Below, in pieces: positions 31,421 through 42,527 of a DNA stretch of 64,000 nt. The notes beneath the pieces are model-generated. The model was not told the DNA's origin. It did not search any database and saw only the letters and a program-made list of their open reading frames with translations. Location of the stretch: assembly GCA_963836635.1 (NCBI GenBank), contig CAWILB010000074.1, positions 9,677 to 73,676 on the forward strand, in the 5' to 3' direction. How positions within the stretch are numbered: position 1 is the first letter of the stretch; each line of letters opens with the position of its first letter. This DNA is from an uncultured Acidobacteriaceae bacterium (lineage in GTDB: Bacteria; Acidobacteriota; Terriglobia; Terriglobales; Acidobacteriaceae). A program made the position numbers and the translations under genes.

Positions 31421-32453
31421 ATGAAGAAATCTGAAGTCCTCCACGCCTGGTCCAGGATTCTGGCCGGTCGCGTGCCTTCCCTGTCAATCGAGATCACCAA
31501 GGAATGTCCCTTGCGGTGCCCCGGCTGCTATGCCTTCGACGCGGCGCACCTGGGCGGCGCAACCCAGCTACGCCAGCTCTCCGACTTCCAGGGCAATGAC
31601 TTGGTCGCCCGTGTGCTCGCGCTGATCGATGAGCATAAGCCGCTCCACGTCTCGCTGGTCGGCGGCGATCCGCTGGTTCGCTACCGCGAACTCGAACTAC
31701 TCCTGCCGCAGATCGAGAGCCGCGGCATCCATACACAGGTCGTCACCAGCGCCTTCAGGGTAATTCCCTCCGCGTGGAGTAACCACAAGAAGCTGAACGT
31801 TGTGGTTTCAATCGATGGCCTGCAACCCGAGCATGATGCGCGCCGTAAACCGGCAACCTATGAGCGCATCCTCAAGAACATCAAAGGCGCAAGAATCACC
31901 GTTCACTGCACCATTACGTCGCAGATAGCGCAGCGCCCCGGCTACCTCGACCAGTTTCTCAGCTTTTGGACCAGCCAGCCTGAAGTCGTCAAGGTGTGGT
32001 TCAGCATCTTCACGCCGCAACGTGGCGCTACCGACCCGGAGATACTCACTGCCGCGCAACGAGCCTCCACCATCGCCGAGTTGAAACTGCTCGCGCCTGA
32101 AATTCCCCACCCTCGACATGCCCGAAGCCCTCATTCGCGAAATGGAATCTCCACCCGGTAGTCCTGAAGACTGCATCTTCGCCCGGACCACCGAGACCAT
32201 TTCCGCCGATCTCCGCACGCATATCTCGCCATGTCAGTTTGGCGGCGATCCTGATTGCGAACAATGCGGCTGCATCGCTTCCATGGCGTTAGCCGCCGTT
32301 GGACATCACCGCGTGCTCGGGCCGCTCACCGCCGGACACCTCTTTATGGCTTCCGATCGCTTCGGTAAGCGCTGGAAGAGCCTCCAGCGAGCATTCTCGC
32401 GCAAGCCCGTCATTTCCAAGAGTCCTACTCCCTTCAAGATCCTTGAACCTTAG
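31421..32453 (+). CDS. Radical SAM protein with Cys-rich C-terminal domain (frameshift near 32100)
   Basis: CPLRCPGC, GGDPL, VSIDG, and C-terminal CIFAR...CQFGGDPDCEQCGC. Confidence 0.85.
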
Positions 32454-32754
32454 GGGGGAGATCCACGTCTCAGCGATGCCGGTCCCCACAACGTCGGGCG
32501 CCGCAGAGCCTGTCCTAATCGAAGTTGAAGGGTCTCGATTCCGAGACCCGGGATACAGCGAACGCCTCCCCGCCGCTGCCATCCTGAGCGAAGTCCGCCG
32601 CGGCGAGCGAAGTCGAAGGATCCGCCCTGAAAATTGACGCGTCCTCTTAAAACAGGCGCTGTCATCCCGAGGAGTGAAGCGACGAAGGATCCGCGATTGC
32701 ATTTTCATGGCCTCGGGTGGCGCAAGCGCCATGTATGACTGCGGTTGTTCTTAC

Positions 32755-32884
32755 AGCGTGTTTCATAAACCCGTTTTGTGTCAGGGCACGACTTCAGTCG
32801 TGCCGAAAATAGCATGAAAAATGAGGGGTTTTAACCCCAGCGGGATGAATGCCGGGCCTTAACAGCCATCTATGAAACACGCTC
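32755..32884 (+). repeat. Double-hairpin REP-like unit (copy A) enclosed by 13-bp inverted repeats (MITE-like)
   Basis: agcgtgtttcata ... tatgaaacacgct surround ggcacgacttcagtcgtgcc and ggggttttaacccc. Confidence 0.7.
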
Positions 32885-33752
32885 TAGGCATTCATCCGAT
32901 CTGTAGCTCGCTTCCAGTCGGCGCGCTCCACGTCGTACCAAATCCCTACTTGGATCGGCCCACAGGGATTCATCTTTTAAATTGATGAAGTCTTCCTGTC
33001 GCGGTTCCAGCGGTTGCCCCATCCTAAACGCGCTTCCTGCGTTTAGGGTGGGCGAGTTGCCCGGGTGAAGAATTTGAGGCCCGCAACGCCACGGACTCGC
33101 CCGTGGCTAGACTTGTTGGCGTCCCACCTCCAGGTCCCGGTTCCCGCACGGCCCTCACCGTTGATTCACAAACCACGCCCCATCCCTTTGCAGGCAATTA
33201 GCCCCAGTCGCGCTACATTCATAAGCCAGGGAAGAGTTTCCCGGAGAACCTCAGATCTCAAAACATCGCAGAGCTCTCAACGTAAGTCCTTTATTTTCAA
33301 ACGCCTGACGGAGGGCGCTTTGTTTTCAAATACTTACGCCGGCAAACTTTAGGTAATCCGATGAAAGCAGGATACTTATTTACAGGGAATACCAGGGGGG
33401 TATCCCGTTGGACTCATTCACCGGCCACTGACCACCGACCATTGATCACTGATCCCTGAATACTCATCACTTCTTTGCAGTTTATTTCTACCGTCCGGAG
33501 CATAATCTTCCTATGTGCAGGACTCGCGAAATCTCCAACCTCGTTCCCCAGCGGGCCGCTGTGCAATCCATGGCGCCGTTTTCTAAAAAGCCTAGGAAAC
33601 GTGGTGACCCGATCGAATAAATTCAATGGTTTAGCGGAACTTGGTTCACGATTTCACAGAAAAACCTGCAAATTCCTCCCTCCCGGCGGGGCCCAAACAC
33701 ACTTTGGAGGCTGGCGCTATACTTCCACCATCTCAACCCCTTGAGGTCACCC

Positions 33753-34286
33753 GTGAGAAAGCTCATTTTCCTGCTAGTCCTCGCTTTACCCTTCACCGCC
33801 CTGGCCCAGAACACGAAGAAACCTACCGATCTGCGCGGCATCCTGCTTGAGGACCTCCGCACCACCCACGACCAGGAAGACTGGTTTGTTCCGGCCAGCG
33901 TGGCCGTCGCGAACCTGACCGCCGACCAGGCCAATTGGAGCCCTGCCAAGGGCAACCATTCCGTGGGCCAGCTCGCCTACCATCTCTGGTTCTGGGACTC
34001 GCGGGCGCTGGAACAATTCAAGGGCGAGAAGTCGCCCGCCTTCAGCGGCAACAACGACGAGACCTTTGACAACTTCAACCCCGCGCAATGGGACGACCTG
34101 GTGAAGAAGCTCAACCAGGTGATGGCAGACTGGGAAGCTGCAGTTGCCGCAGCCGACGATCAGACTCTGGGCGCCCATGCCTCACAGATTGAGCACGTAG
34201 CCGCGCACAACGCCTACCACATCGGCCAGATTCTCTACGTGCGCAAGCTTGAGGGCGCCTGGGACCCCGCCAAGGGCGTGAAGTAG
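33753..34286 (+). CDS. DinB-family protein with signal peptide
   Basis: HSVGQLAYHL and HNAYHIGQI. Confidence 0.8.
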   Translation: MRKLIFLLVLALPFTALAQNTKKPTDLRGILLEDLRTTHDQEDWFVPASVAVANLTADQANWSPAKGNHSVGQLAYHLWFWDSRALEQFKGEKSPAFSGNNDETFDNFNPAQWDDLVKKLNQVMADWEAAVAAADDQTLGAHASQIEHVAAHNAYHIGQILYVRKLEGAWDPAKGVK

Positions 34287-34349
34287 CGGCCTGTCTGATC
34301 ACTGACCCCTGATCTCTGACCTCTGGCCACCGATCCCTGACCCCTGTTT

Positions 34350-36176
34350 TCACAGCCTGCAGATCAGCAGTTCCCGCTCGTAGATCATCTCCGGCGGCAG
34401 GTGGTCGTGGACCATGATGAACAACTCCTCGTGGCCAATCACCTCGCGGCGCCATTGCTCGCGGTCGACCACCTGGAGCTGCGTCAAACTGCTCGCGGCT
34501 AGAAGTCGAGACCGTTCCAGTCGATGTCGTCGTAATACGGCGTCCAGCCAATGGGCGTTTCCTTGCCATGGGCGCGCCCGTGCACGCGATCCACAATCCA
34601 CTTGAGAATGCGGAGATTCTGGCCGAAGCCGGGCCACATGAAATTGCCTTCTTCGTCTTTGCGGAACCAGTTGACGTGGAAGACGCGCGGCGTTGAGGTG
34701 AGCATGCGCTGCATCTTGATCCAGTGGCGGAAGTAGTCGCCCATGTGGTAGCCGCAGAAGGGCAGCATGGCCATGGGATCGCGGCGCAGCTTGCCGGTTG
34801 CGCCGGTTGCGGCCGCGGTGGTTTCCGAGGCCATGGTTGCGCCCATGTATACGCCGCTTGACCAGTTGAAGCCCTGGTAGACGAGCGGCATGGTGTTCGA
34901 GCGGCGGCCGCCGAAGATGATTGCGGAGAGCGGCACGCCCTCGGGCGACTCCCATGCGGCGTCCATCGAGGGGCACTGCGAAGCCGGCGCGGTGAAACGC
35001 CCATTGGGATGTGCGGCCTTGGCGCCGGTGGTGCGGGCAATCTCAGGCGTCCACAGCTTGCCCTGCCAGTCGAGGCACTCGGCGGGCGGCTCGTCGGTCA
35101 TGCCTTCCCACCACACGCCGCCCTTCTGGTGTGAGCGCAACATTGGTAAAGATGGTGTTGCGTGCCAGCGTCGCCATGGCGTTGGGATTGGTCTTGTCGC
35201 TGGTGCCGGGAGCCACGCCGAAGAAGCCCGCCTCAGGGTTGATGGCGCGAAGTTGCCCGTTCTCGTCAGGATGAATCCACGCGATATCGTCGCCGACCGT
35301 CCAGACCTTCCAGTCCTCCATGCCTTCGGGCGGCACCATCATGGCAAAATTGGTTTTACCGCAGGCTGAAGGGAAGGCGGCCGCAACGTAGGTTTTTTCG
35401 CCCTGCGGGCTCTCCACGCCGACAATCAGCATGTGCTCGGCCATCCAGCCTTCGTCGCGCGCCATGTTTGAGGCGATGCGCAACGCAAAGCATTTTTTGC
35501 CCAGCAGCGCGTTGCCGCCGTAGCCGGAGCCGTAAGACCAGATCTCGCGCGTCTCAGGAAAATGCACGATGTACTTGGTGTTGTTGCAGGGCCACGGCAC
35601 ATCTGTCTGGCCGGGCGCGAGCGGCATGCCCACTGAATGCATGCAGGGAACTACGCGCTTCACGTCGCGGTCAATCATTTCAAACACCGGCTTGCCGATG
35701 CGCGCCATAATGCGCATGCTTACGACCACGTAAGGCGAATCAGTAATCTGCACGCCGATTTGCGCCGAAGGTGAGTCGAGCGGGCCCATGCAGAAGGGCA
35801 GCACGTACATGGTGCGGCCGCGCATTGCGCCCTGGAACAGCTCCTTCAGCTTGCGCCGCATCTGGTAGGGATCTTCCCAGTTGTTGGTGGGGCCGGCGCC
35901 ATCGCGCGAAAGCGAGCAGATAAACGTGCGCTCTTCAACGCGGGCCACGTCGCGCACGTCAGAGCGCGCGTAGAAGCACCCCGGCCACAGCTCCTGGTTG
36001 AGGCGGACGAAAGTGCCCCGGTCTTCAAGAAGGTTGCAGAGCCGGTCGTACTCCTGCTCTGAACCGTCGACCCAGTGAATGGATTCAGGCCGGGTGAGAT
36101 CGGCCATTTTTTCAACCCAGCGCAAAAGATGTTTGTTCGTGCTGAGGGCGGGACTGGAATTGGCCTTGCTTGCCAT
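34350..36176 (-). CDS. pckG: Phosphoenolpyruvate carboxykinase (GTP) (frameshifts)
   Basis: [54 protein letters not shown]. Confidence 0.95.
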
Positions 36177-36454
36177 GGCGCTCCGCAAATTGTTTCAGGA
36201 TGCGTGTGCGTTCAACTGGTTTGAGTTCTCTCTTCGAGCGGATGGACCGTTCAGGAAAAGATGATTGCCTTGAAAATGGATGTCTTGAATAAACGAGCCC
36301 GGACCGAGCCAAAACGCTGATAGCCGCTGACCCCTCTTATACACCAAAGCAACCGCGACGCGAAGTGCGCCGGATCACTGCTGGAGCGGGGTGAAATAGG
36401 GTTTTGCGCGAATGCGAGTTCGCCAGTCGCGCACTGGATGGAAGTTAGACCGAT

Positions 36455-37834
36455 TTACGGAAGGTTTTGTAGGTCAATGCCGAGTTGCTGGCACTTTTTG
36501 TAGAGGTGGCTGCGTTCGAGGCCGAGGGCCTTCGCCGTCTGGGTAACGTTGCGGCCGTTGCGGTCGAGTTCGGTCAGAACTGTAGCGCGCTCAAAGGCAA
36601 GCACGCGCTGGGCCAGGCTGCCCTCGCGCTCCGCGCTTTCACTTTTCGGACTGGCATCGCTGGCGAAACGAGAAGCCGGCAGCGCCAACCGCACATCGTC
36701 CGCAGTCACCTCTTGGCCGGCCAGCAGCAGCAACCGCTCGACGACATTGCGTAACTCTCGAATGTTGCCCGGCCAGGCGTACTCCTTCAGCGCGTCAATG
36801 GCCGCGGGCGCAAAGGCAATGGGCTTCCAGCCATTTTGCGCGCTTACCTGGAGGACGAAATGATCGACGAGCGCCGGCAAGTCTTCAATTCGGCGGCGCA
36901 GCGGCGGCAGCTTAACGGGAAACACCACCACCCGATGATAGAGGTCGCGGCGAAACGCGCCTGACTCGACCAACTGCTCAAGATTGCGGTGCGTGGCAAC
37001 CACGACGCGCACATCCACATTGGTGGGTTTGGCGGCGCCGATGCGCTCCACTTCGCCCTCCTCGAGTACGCGCAGCAGTTTGGCCTGCATGGCCGGCGGC
37101 ATATCGCCGATTTCGTCAAGAAAGAGCGTGCCGCGATGCGCCTGCTCGAATTTGCCGGTGTGGCGCTGGGTTGCGCCGGTAAAGGCGCCCTTCTCATGGC
37201 CGAAGAGCTCGCTCTCAATCAACTCGGCGGGCACGGCGGCGCAGTTGAGAGTAACGAAAGGAGCCGAGGCGCGATAGCTCTTTTCATGCAGCGTGCAGGC
37301 GACGAGTTCCTTGCCGGTTCCGGTTTCGCCGTAGATGCAGACCCGTGTTTCGCTGGCTGCGACACGCTCAATCTGCGCCAGCACGCGGCGCATGGTTTCG
37401 CCCTCAAAGACCAGCGTGTGCTTGCCTATGCGGGCACGCAGATCGCGGTTTTCAGTTTCGAGCCGCGTGAGTTTGAGCGCGTTCTCGAGCGTGACCAGAA
37501 GCTTTTCGGTGGTGAGCGGCTTCTCAAGAAAGTCGAGCGCGCCAAGGCGGGTGGCGCGCACCGCCATCTCAATATGAGCCTGGCCGCTCATCATTACCAC
37601 GGGCGCGGTTATACCGGCGCTCTTGAGGGATTCGAGCAGTGCGAGGCCGTCGCGGCGAGGCATCACTACGTCGCTCAGGATGAGGTCGAAGGGCTGCGAG
37701 CGGGCGAGTTCGAGCGCGCGTTCGGCATTGTCGCAGACCGTCGCTTCATGGCCGGCGAGGCGAAAGGCGCGCGAGATCGAAGCCAGCGTGTTGGCCTCGT
37801 CGTCGACGATGAGGATGTTGGCTTTCGCGGTCAT
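36455..37834 (-). CDS. Sigma-54-dependent response regulator (NtrC/NtrX-like)
   Basis: REC domain (IVDDE, SDVVMP), GETGTGKE, GAFTGA, WPGNIREL, and a Fis-type HTH. Confidence 0.93.
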   Translation of the reverse strand: MTAKANILIVDDEANTLASISRAFRLAGHEATVCDNAERALELARSQPFDLILSDVVMPRRDGLALLESLKSAGITAPVVMMSGQAHIEMAVRATRLGALDFLEKPLTTEKLLVTLENALKLTRLETENRDLRARIGKHTLVFEGETMRRVLAQIERVAASETRVCIYGETGTGKELVACTLHEKSYRASAPFVTLNCAAVPAELIESELFGHEKGAFTGATQRHTGKFEQAHRGTLFLDEIGDMPPAMQAKLLRVLEEGEVERIGAAKPTNVDVRVVVATHRNLEQLVESGAFRRDLYHRVVVFPVKLPPLRRRIEDLPALVDHFVLQVSAQNGWKPIAFAPAAIDALKEYAWPGNIRELRNVVERLLLLAGQEVTADDVRLALPASRFASDASPKSESAEREGSLAQRVLAFERATVLTELDRNGRNVTQTAKALGLERSHLYKKCQQLGIDLQNLP

Positions 37835-37936
37835 AAAACGGTAAACAGTGAACAGTGGTTAGTGTTCGGACTGCGAAGAAGTGAAACAGTGAAACAGCGA
37901 TGAAAGATCCTAACCAGCCTCGTAAATGGTCTTTTG

Positions 37937-38004
37937 AAAGGGCACGACTTTAGTCGTGCCGAAAAAGGCCCCAATTTTCGAGGGGCTTTAGCCCCTGAGG
38001 GATG
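37937..38004 (+). repeat. Double-hairpin REP-like unit (copy B)
   Basis: ggcacgactttagtcgtgcc ... ggggctttagcccc. Confidence 0.75.
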
Positions 38005-38028
38005 TTTGCGTCTTTCATGAGACGGCTT

Positions 38029-39876
38029 CTAAAGTCCTGCCCCCGGCAGCGTAATGATAAACGTTGTGCCGCCTCCCGCATGACTTTCTACAGAAATTGA
38101 TCCGTTATGATCGGCGACGACTGATTGCACGATTGCCAGGCCCAGTCCCGTGCCGTGCTGCTTGGTGGTGTAGTAGGGCGTAAACAGGCGCTCGCACTCT
38201 TCCGGTGTGAGGCCCTCCCCAGTATCGGAAATCCTCAGTTCCACCCGATCACCCTTTGGATGAGTGCCGAGGGTGAGTGTGCCGCCCTCGGGCATCGCAT
38301 CCATGGCGTTGAGTACAAGATTTGAGAGCGCGCGATGCAACAGTTCAGGGTCGACGTCGAGCGGCATCGGCGCAGGGGCAACGTCGGTTTCGAACTCGAC
38401 TTTCGACTCCCTGGTCGCAGCTGCGGTTGCGTAGAGTGAGGTAACACGCGCGATCAAGTCTTTCGCATCGATGCGTTCGAGCTCGGGCTTGGGCATTTTA
38501 CTGAAGTCGCTGAAGCGGCCAATGATGGCCTTGAGGTTGGCGATCTCGGCGCTCAGAGTCGTTGTGCTTTCTTTGAAAATCTCGTCGAACTCAGCTTCCG
38601 GCAATTGCCGGGCCCGCGACAGATTCTCGACGGTGAGTTGCAGCGGGAAAAGGGGATTCTTGAGCTCGTGTGCCAGCCGCCGCGCAAGCTCGCGCCACGC
38701 GGCCACTCGCTCGCTCTGAACGAGGCGCTCGCGCTGGCTGGTGAGCTGTTCGGTCATGTGATTGAAGCTGTGGGCCAGCACGCTTATCTCATCGCGGCCA
38801 CTCTCGGGTACGTGTGCGTCCCAGTTACCGGCGGCCACCTCGCCGGCGGCGCGCGCAAGCTGCTCGATGGGCCGCGAGACTCGCGCGGCGATCCACAAAC
38901 TGAAGGCGATGGCGAGCAGTATGCCCGCGCCCGCCACACCATATGCGATCTTGCGGATGTGCTGCTGGGCATCGACCATGCCGCTGCGCGAAAGCGCAAC
39001 TACCAGCACGGCCAAGACGCTGCCGGACTGATTCTTGAGAGGGATGGCCGTGGCGCCGAGGCTCGCTTCGCGCAAACCGGCAGGGCCGCCAGGGTTCACC
39101 ACGCCGCTGGTTTGCTGGCCGCGGCTGCGCGCCGCATCAATAAGGCTTTGGTAACTTGCGGCGCCGGGCAACGGGCCGTTGGCGCCTGCAAGCCGCGATG
39201 GGTCAAATGGGGTTACGGCGTCGGTGGTTGTTGAAGCGCCCAATGCGCCCGGGATTGTGCCGGAGTTTGCACCTGGAGTGAGTCCAGCATCGGTGTAGAG
39301 CCCAATCGTCATGCCCGGTGCCACCGGCAGGTCGGCAAGAAAGCTTTGGTCGAGCCGTTCGCCGCCAACAAGGCGCACGGGAGGCTGAGCGCCATCAATG
39401 GTGCTTACCGCGAATACGCCGAGTGCGGTCGAGCCGTCTGGCAGATCCTCGCGCTTGAGGAACGGCTCTTTTCCCGTCTCTGAAGCGACGGCTTCGGGAT
39501 ATCCAAAGCGTGCCGGCCATTGCGCCGAGCTGACGATTTTTCCATCGGGTCCGACGATCTCGAGAAAGTCGAGCTGCGCATCTTGCGCCATGCCCGTTGC
39601 CTCTGTTAGAAAAGGCGCGGCATCGCTGATCTGATCGAGCTGATATGCAACGGCGCGGGCGTGTTCGCTGGCGGCTATGCGGTCCACGGCCGCGGCCAGC
39701 TCCGCCGAACGATGCTGGAACTCGCGCTGGAACTGGCTGACGAAGAGCGCGGTCTCTTCCTGGTCGCGTTGCTCGAAGACCTGGCGGATGCGCAGAAGCA
39801 CGGTCCAGGAGACGGCGGCGACCGCTGCGGCCACGGTGAGCGACAGCAATAAGAGCAGTCGCTGGCGCAGGCTCAT
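38029..39876 (-). CDS. HAMP-domain sensor histidine kinase (NtrY-like)
   Basis: Two TMs, HAMP domain, ARRLAHELKNPL, NLVLNAMDA, DTGEG, GTGLGL. Confidence 0.92.
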   Translation of the reverse strand: MSLRQRLLLLLSLTVAAAVAAVSWTVLLRIRQVFEQRDQEETALFVSQFQREFQHRSAELAAAVDRIAASEHARAVAYQLDQISDAAPFLTEATGMAQDAQLDFLEIVGPDGKIVSSAQWPARFGYPEAVASETGKEPFLKREDLPDGSTALGVFAVSTIDGAQPPVRLVGGERLDQSFLADLPVAPGMTIGLYTDAGLTPGANSGTIPGALGASTTTDAVTPFDPSRLAGANGPLPGAASYQSLIDAARSRGQQTSGVVNPGGPAGLREASLGATAIPLKNQSGSVLAVLVVALSRSGMVDAQQHIRKIAYGVAGAGILLAIAFSLWIAARVSRPIEQLARAAGEVAAGNWDAHVPESGRDEISVLAHSFNHMTEQLTSQRERLVQSERVAAWRELARRLAHELKNPLFPLQLTVENLSRARQLPEAEFDEIFKESTTTLSAEIANLKAIIGRFSDFSKMPKPELERIDAKDLIARVTSLYATAAATRESKVEFETDVAPAPMPLDVDPELLHRALSNLVLNAMDAMPEGGTLTLGTHPKGDRVELRISDTGEGLTPEECERLFTPYYTTKQHGTGLGLAIVQSVVADHNGSISVESHAGGGTTFIITLPGAGL

Positions 39877-41216
39877 GGCGCCACCCCAAGCCAGGCGTCG
39901 GCGAAGTCGGGAATGCCGTCGCTGCCGAGCGTAAGATCGCGAACGCGCGGGCCCACGGCGTAGGCGCACGGAAGATCGAGAAGAGGTACAAGCGTTTTGC
40001 GATTGAGAAAATCATGCTCGGCGCGATAGACGGCGGTAGGTGAGGTTGCGGCGATCGGCGTGGTCTCGCCGGCTGCGTGCAGTACCGATTCGAGCGCGGC
40101 AGAAGCGTCGGTGGAGTCAAGCGGAATCGAACGGAACATGAGATCCGTGTGAGGCGAGCTCGTCACTTGCACGTCAAAGCCCGCCTCGTGCAGATTGAGC
40201 GCGATGCGTTGCGCGGCCAGTTGCATCGAGCCCGAGCCCTGGTAGCCGAGTGAGAGCGTTGGCGGCCTCAAGTCTCCGCGCAACTCCTGCGCCTTGGCCA
40301 AATCGCGTTCGACAGGAAAGAGGAAGGCATAGCCCGAAAGCTCCTGCGGCAGAATGCTGGCGGTGATTTCGCCTTGCTTTTGAAAGATGACGTTGAAAAG
40401 GGCGGCGCGGTCGATGGCGAGAGAAATGGCCGCGCGCAATTGCTGGTTGGCGAGCGCGCCGCTATTCGAGATTTCAACCGCGAGCAGATCGACGGGCGGC
40501 GACGATAGCACCGTCATGCGCTGCTGTTCTGCCAGGCGTAGTTCCTCGGGCGGAACTTCAACCACGTCGGCGCGGCCCACGCTCAAGTCAAGCCACTGGT
40601 CGCGCACCGAGCGGAAGGTGACGAGTTCGATGGCATCTGCGAATGGGCGCCCGGCCCAGTAGCTTTCATTCGCGGCGAAGGTGAAATTAGGGTAGCCGCT
40701 TTTCGTGAGTTGAAATGGCCCCGTGCCGATACAGCAGGGCGGCAGAGGTTTACCTGCGCCTGAGTCTGTCAGCTCGATGAGGAAACGGTCTTCGGTGAGC
40801 AGCCAGGGTATTTCGGGCATCGGCGTATCACTGGTAAACACTAGCGTGTTGCCCTCCGACTTGAGCGAGGACCAGGGACAGGCACCCCTGCAATCCTCGA
40901 TAAGCGATGAGACGGCACGATCGGCAGTCAGCGGGAATCCATTGTGAAAGGTGACGCCTTCGCGCAGCGTGAACTCCCAGCGGCGGTCGCCGTTCGACGA
41001 TTTCCATTCAGTCGCTAGCGCAGGCTGCAGTGAGCCATCCTGCCCCGTTCGAGTGAGCCCGTCGAGAACGAGATGAAGAATGGTGGCATCAGGCGAGGTA
41101 ATGCCGTCTCCGGCAACTTCGACCCGCAGCGTGCCGCCGTAGTGCGGACGCGTCCTTCCCCAGCCGGAGATTCCAACCAAAACGAGGAAAAGACTAATTA
41201 CATAGCGCCGAAACAC
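39873..41216 (-). CDS. ABC-type substrate-binding protein (family 5, peptide/nickel type)
   Basis: YGGTLRV, LATEW...WEFTLREGVTFHNG, IGTGPF. Its stop overlaps the kinase start. Confidence 0.8.
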   Translation of the reverse strand: MFRRYVISLFLVLVGISGWGRTRPHYGGTLRVEVAGDGITSPDATILHLVLDGLTRTGQDGSLQPALATEWKSSNGDRRWEFTLREGVTFHNGFPLTADRAVSSLIEDCRGACPWSSLKSEGNTLVFTSDTPMPEIPWLLTEDRFLIELTDSGAGKPLPPCCIGTGPFQLTKSGYPNFTFAANESYWAGRPFADAIELVTFRSVRDQWLDLSVGRADVVEVPPEELRLAEQQRMTVLSSPPVDLLAVEISNSGALANQQLRAAISLAIDRAALFNVIFQKQGEITASILPQELSGYAFLFPVERDLAKAQELRGDLRPPTLSLGYQGSGSMQLAAQRIALNLHEAGFDVQVTSSPHTDLMFRSIPLDSTDASAALESVLHAAGETTPIAATSPTAVYRAEHDFLNRKTLVPLLDLPCAYAVGPRVRDLTLGSDGIPDFADAWLGVAP

Positions 41217-42480
41217 GGTCCACCTCGTATTGGTTTTGAGCGTTGCGGATAACAGCGTAGACGCTTTTGCCGTCAGGCTCGGTCCAGACGGCGGTGACCG
41301 TTCCATCGATTGTGAGCGGGGCGCTGCGGGGTTGGGCGCTCGATCCTATCATCTCGTAGGCGCGCAAGCTATCGGTATTTGAGTTGCCCGCGCCAGATGC
41401 GATCACCAGGCCTGCTCCGCACTCATAACGGATCGCCGCAAATTCGCTGCCCCAGTCATCGGTTCCATTAAAGGTGATGAGCTTTCCCGCGTCTGACAGC
41501 ATAACTTTGCCGTCGATGGTTCCGATCACCAAAGCATTTGGTGTTTTCCATGGAACTATTGCCGCCGAATAGAAAGGCGGAAGGTCCACGCCCAGGCCGG
41601 GGGAAACGATCCCGGTGAAGTAATTGCGAGTGTTGTTGAAGAACGCGCGAAGGGTCGGTGCAGCCAGTGCGGCCTGTGCGGGGGTAGCCGGACTCGTAGG
41701 CGTGTTTGGCGCGGAACTGGTTGCGGGCGGCGGTGTCTGACTTATACCGGCAAGGGGCCACGGATCATCGCTGGCATGGCAATCGACTTTGAGATTCTCA
41801 TGGCTTTCGAGCGATCCAGTACAGTGCACTCCAGGTAACCAGGCTTCAAACTCATCCAAGTACGATTTCCGCGAGGTCACCGTCAGAACACCGCGCGGGT
41901 CGCGCGAGAGTTGTGACCTGCCTGGGATAGGGATGCTCTGCTTCTCAATCCATCCCATATCTCCGAGCGCTTCATGTTTGATGGCGCCGGGTGTGAGAAG
42001 CACCAGATCGGTTTCCGATTCATATCCGCCAAGGACGGGCTCTTTGGATTCGAAGAGGGCTACGCGGCGCAAAATCATTTCCGCCCGGGGAAGAATGCTG
42101 GAAGGGCGAACGGGTGGAATGTTCACGACCGCAACCTGCGTATCATCGCCTCGAATTATCTCGGCGACCCAGGTGAATCCGTGGGCGCTTTCGCTCAGCG
42201 TTACGCGAATGACAGTTTCGTTCGGAGCGCTGTTCGCCGTAACGCCGTGAGCCCGCAGATCAGCTTCAAGATCTTTGCGAATGAGGGGGATTTCGTCGAC
42301 TGGCAATGACGATAGATCGCGAATCATCAGCCGCGCCGTCCCGTGGCCGAGAATTGCAGCAATCTGCGCGGCGAGATCGGCAGCCGGCTGTTGCCACGGG
42401 CTCTGCGCGGAAACGATCTTGCTTAACGCAAGAAACGCCAGAATCGCTGCGACACCCCGGATCAGCCTCGATAGACGCAT
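41194..42480 (-). CDS. Exported hypothetical protein
   Basis: Long ORF with signal peptide, overlapping the start of the SBP gene. Confidence 0.65.
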   Translation of the reverse strand: MRLSRLIRGVAAILAFLALSKIVSAQSPWQQPAADLAAQIAAILGHGTARLMIRDLSSLPVDEIPLIRKDLEADLRAHGVTANSAPNETVIRVTLSESAHGFTWVAEIIRGDDTQVAVVNIPPVRPSSILPRAEMILRRVALFESKEPVLGGYESETDLVLLTPGAIKHEALGDMGWIEKQSIPIPGRSQLSRDPRGVLTVTSRKSYLDEFEAWLPGVHCTGSLESHENLKVDCHASDDPWPLAGISQTPPPATSSAPNTPTSPATPAQAALAAPTLRAFFNNTRNYFTGIVSPGLGVDLPPFYSAAIVPWKTPNALVIGTIDGKVMLSDAGKLITFNGTDDWGSEFAAIRYECGAGLVIASGAGNSNTDSLRAYEMIGSSAQPRSAPLTIDGTVTAVWTEPDGKSVYAVIRNAQNQYEVDRVSALCN

Positions 42481-42527
42481 GGTTTTCGTGATTCTTCTCT
42501 TTGCGCGGATTATATCCCGTCGCGGGT

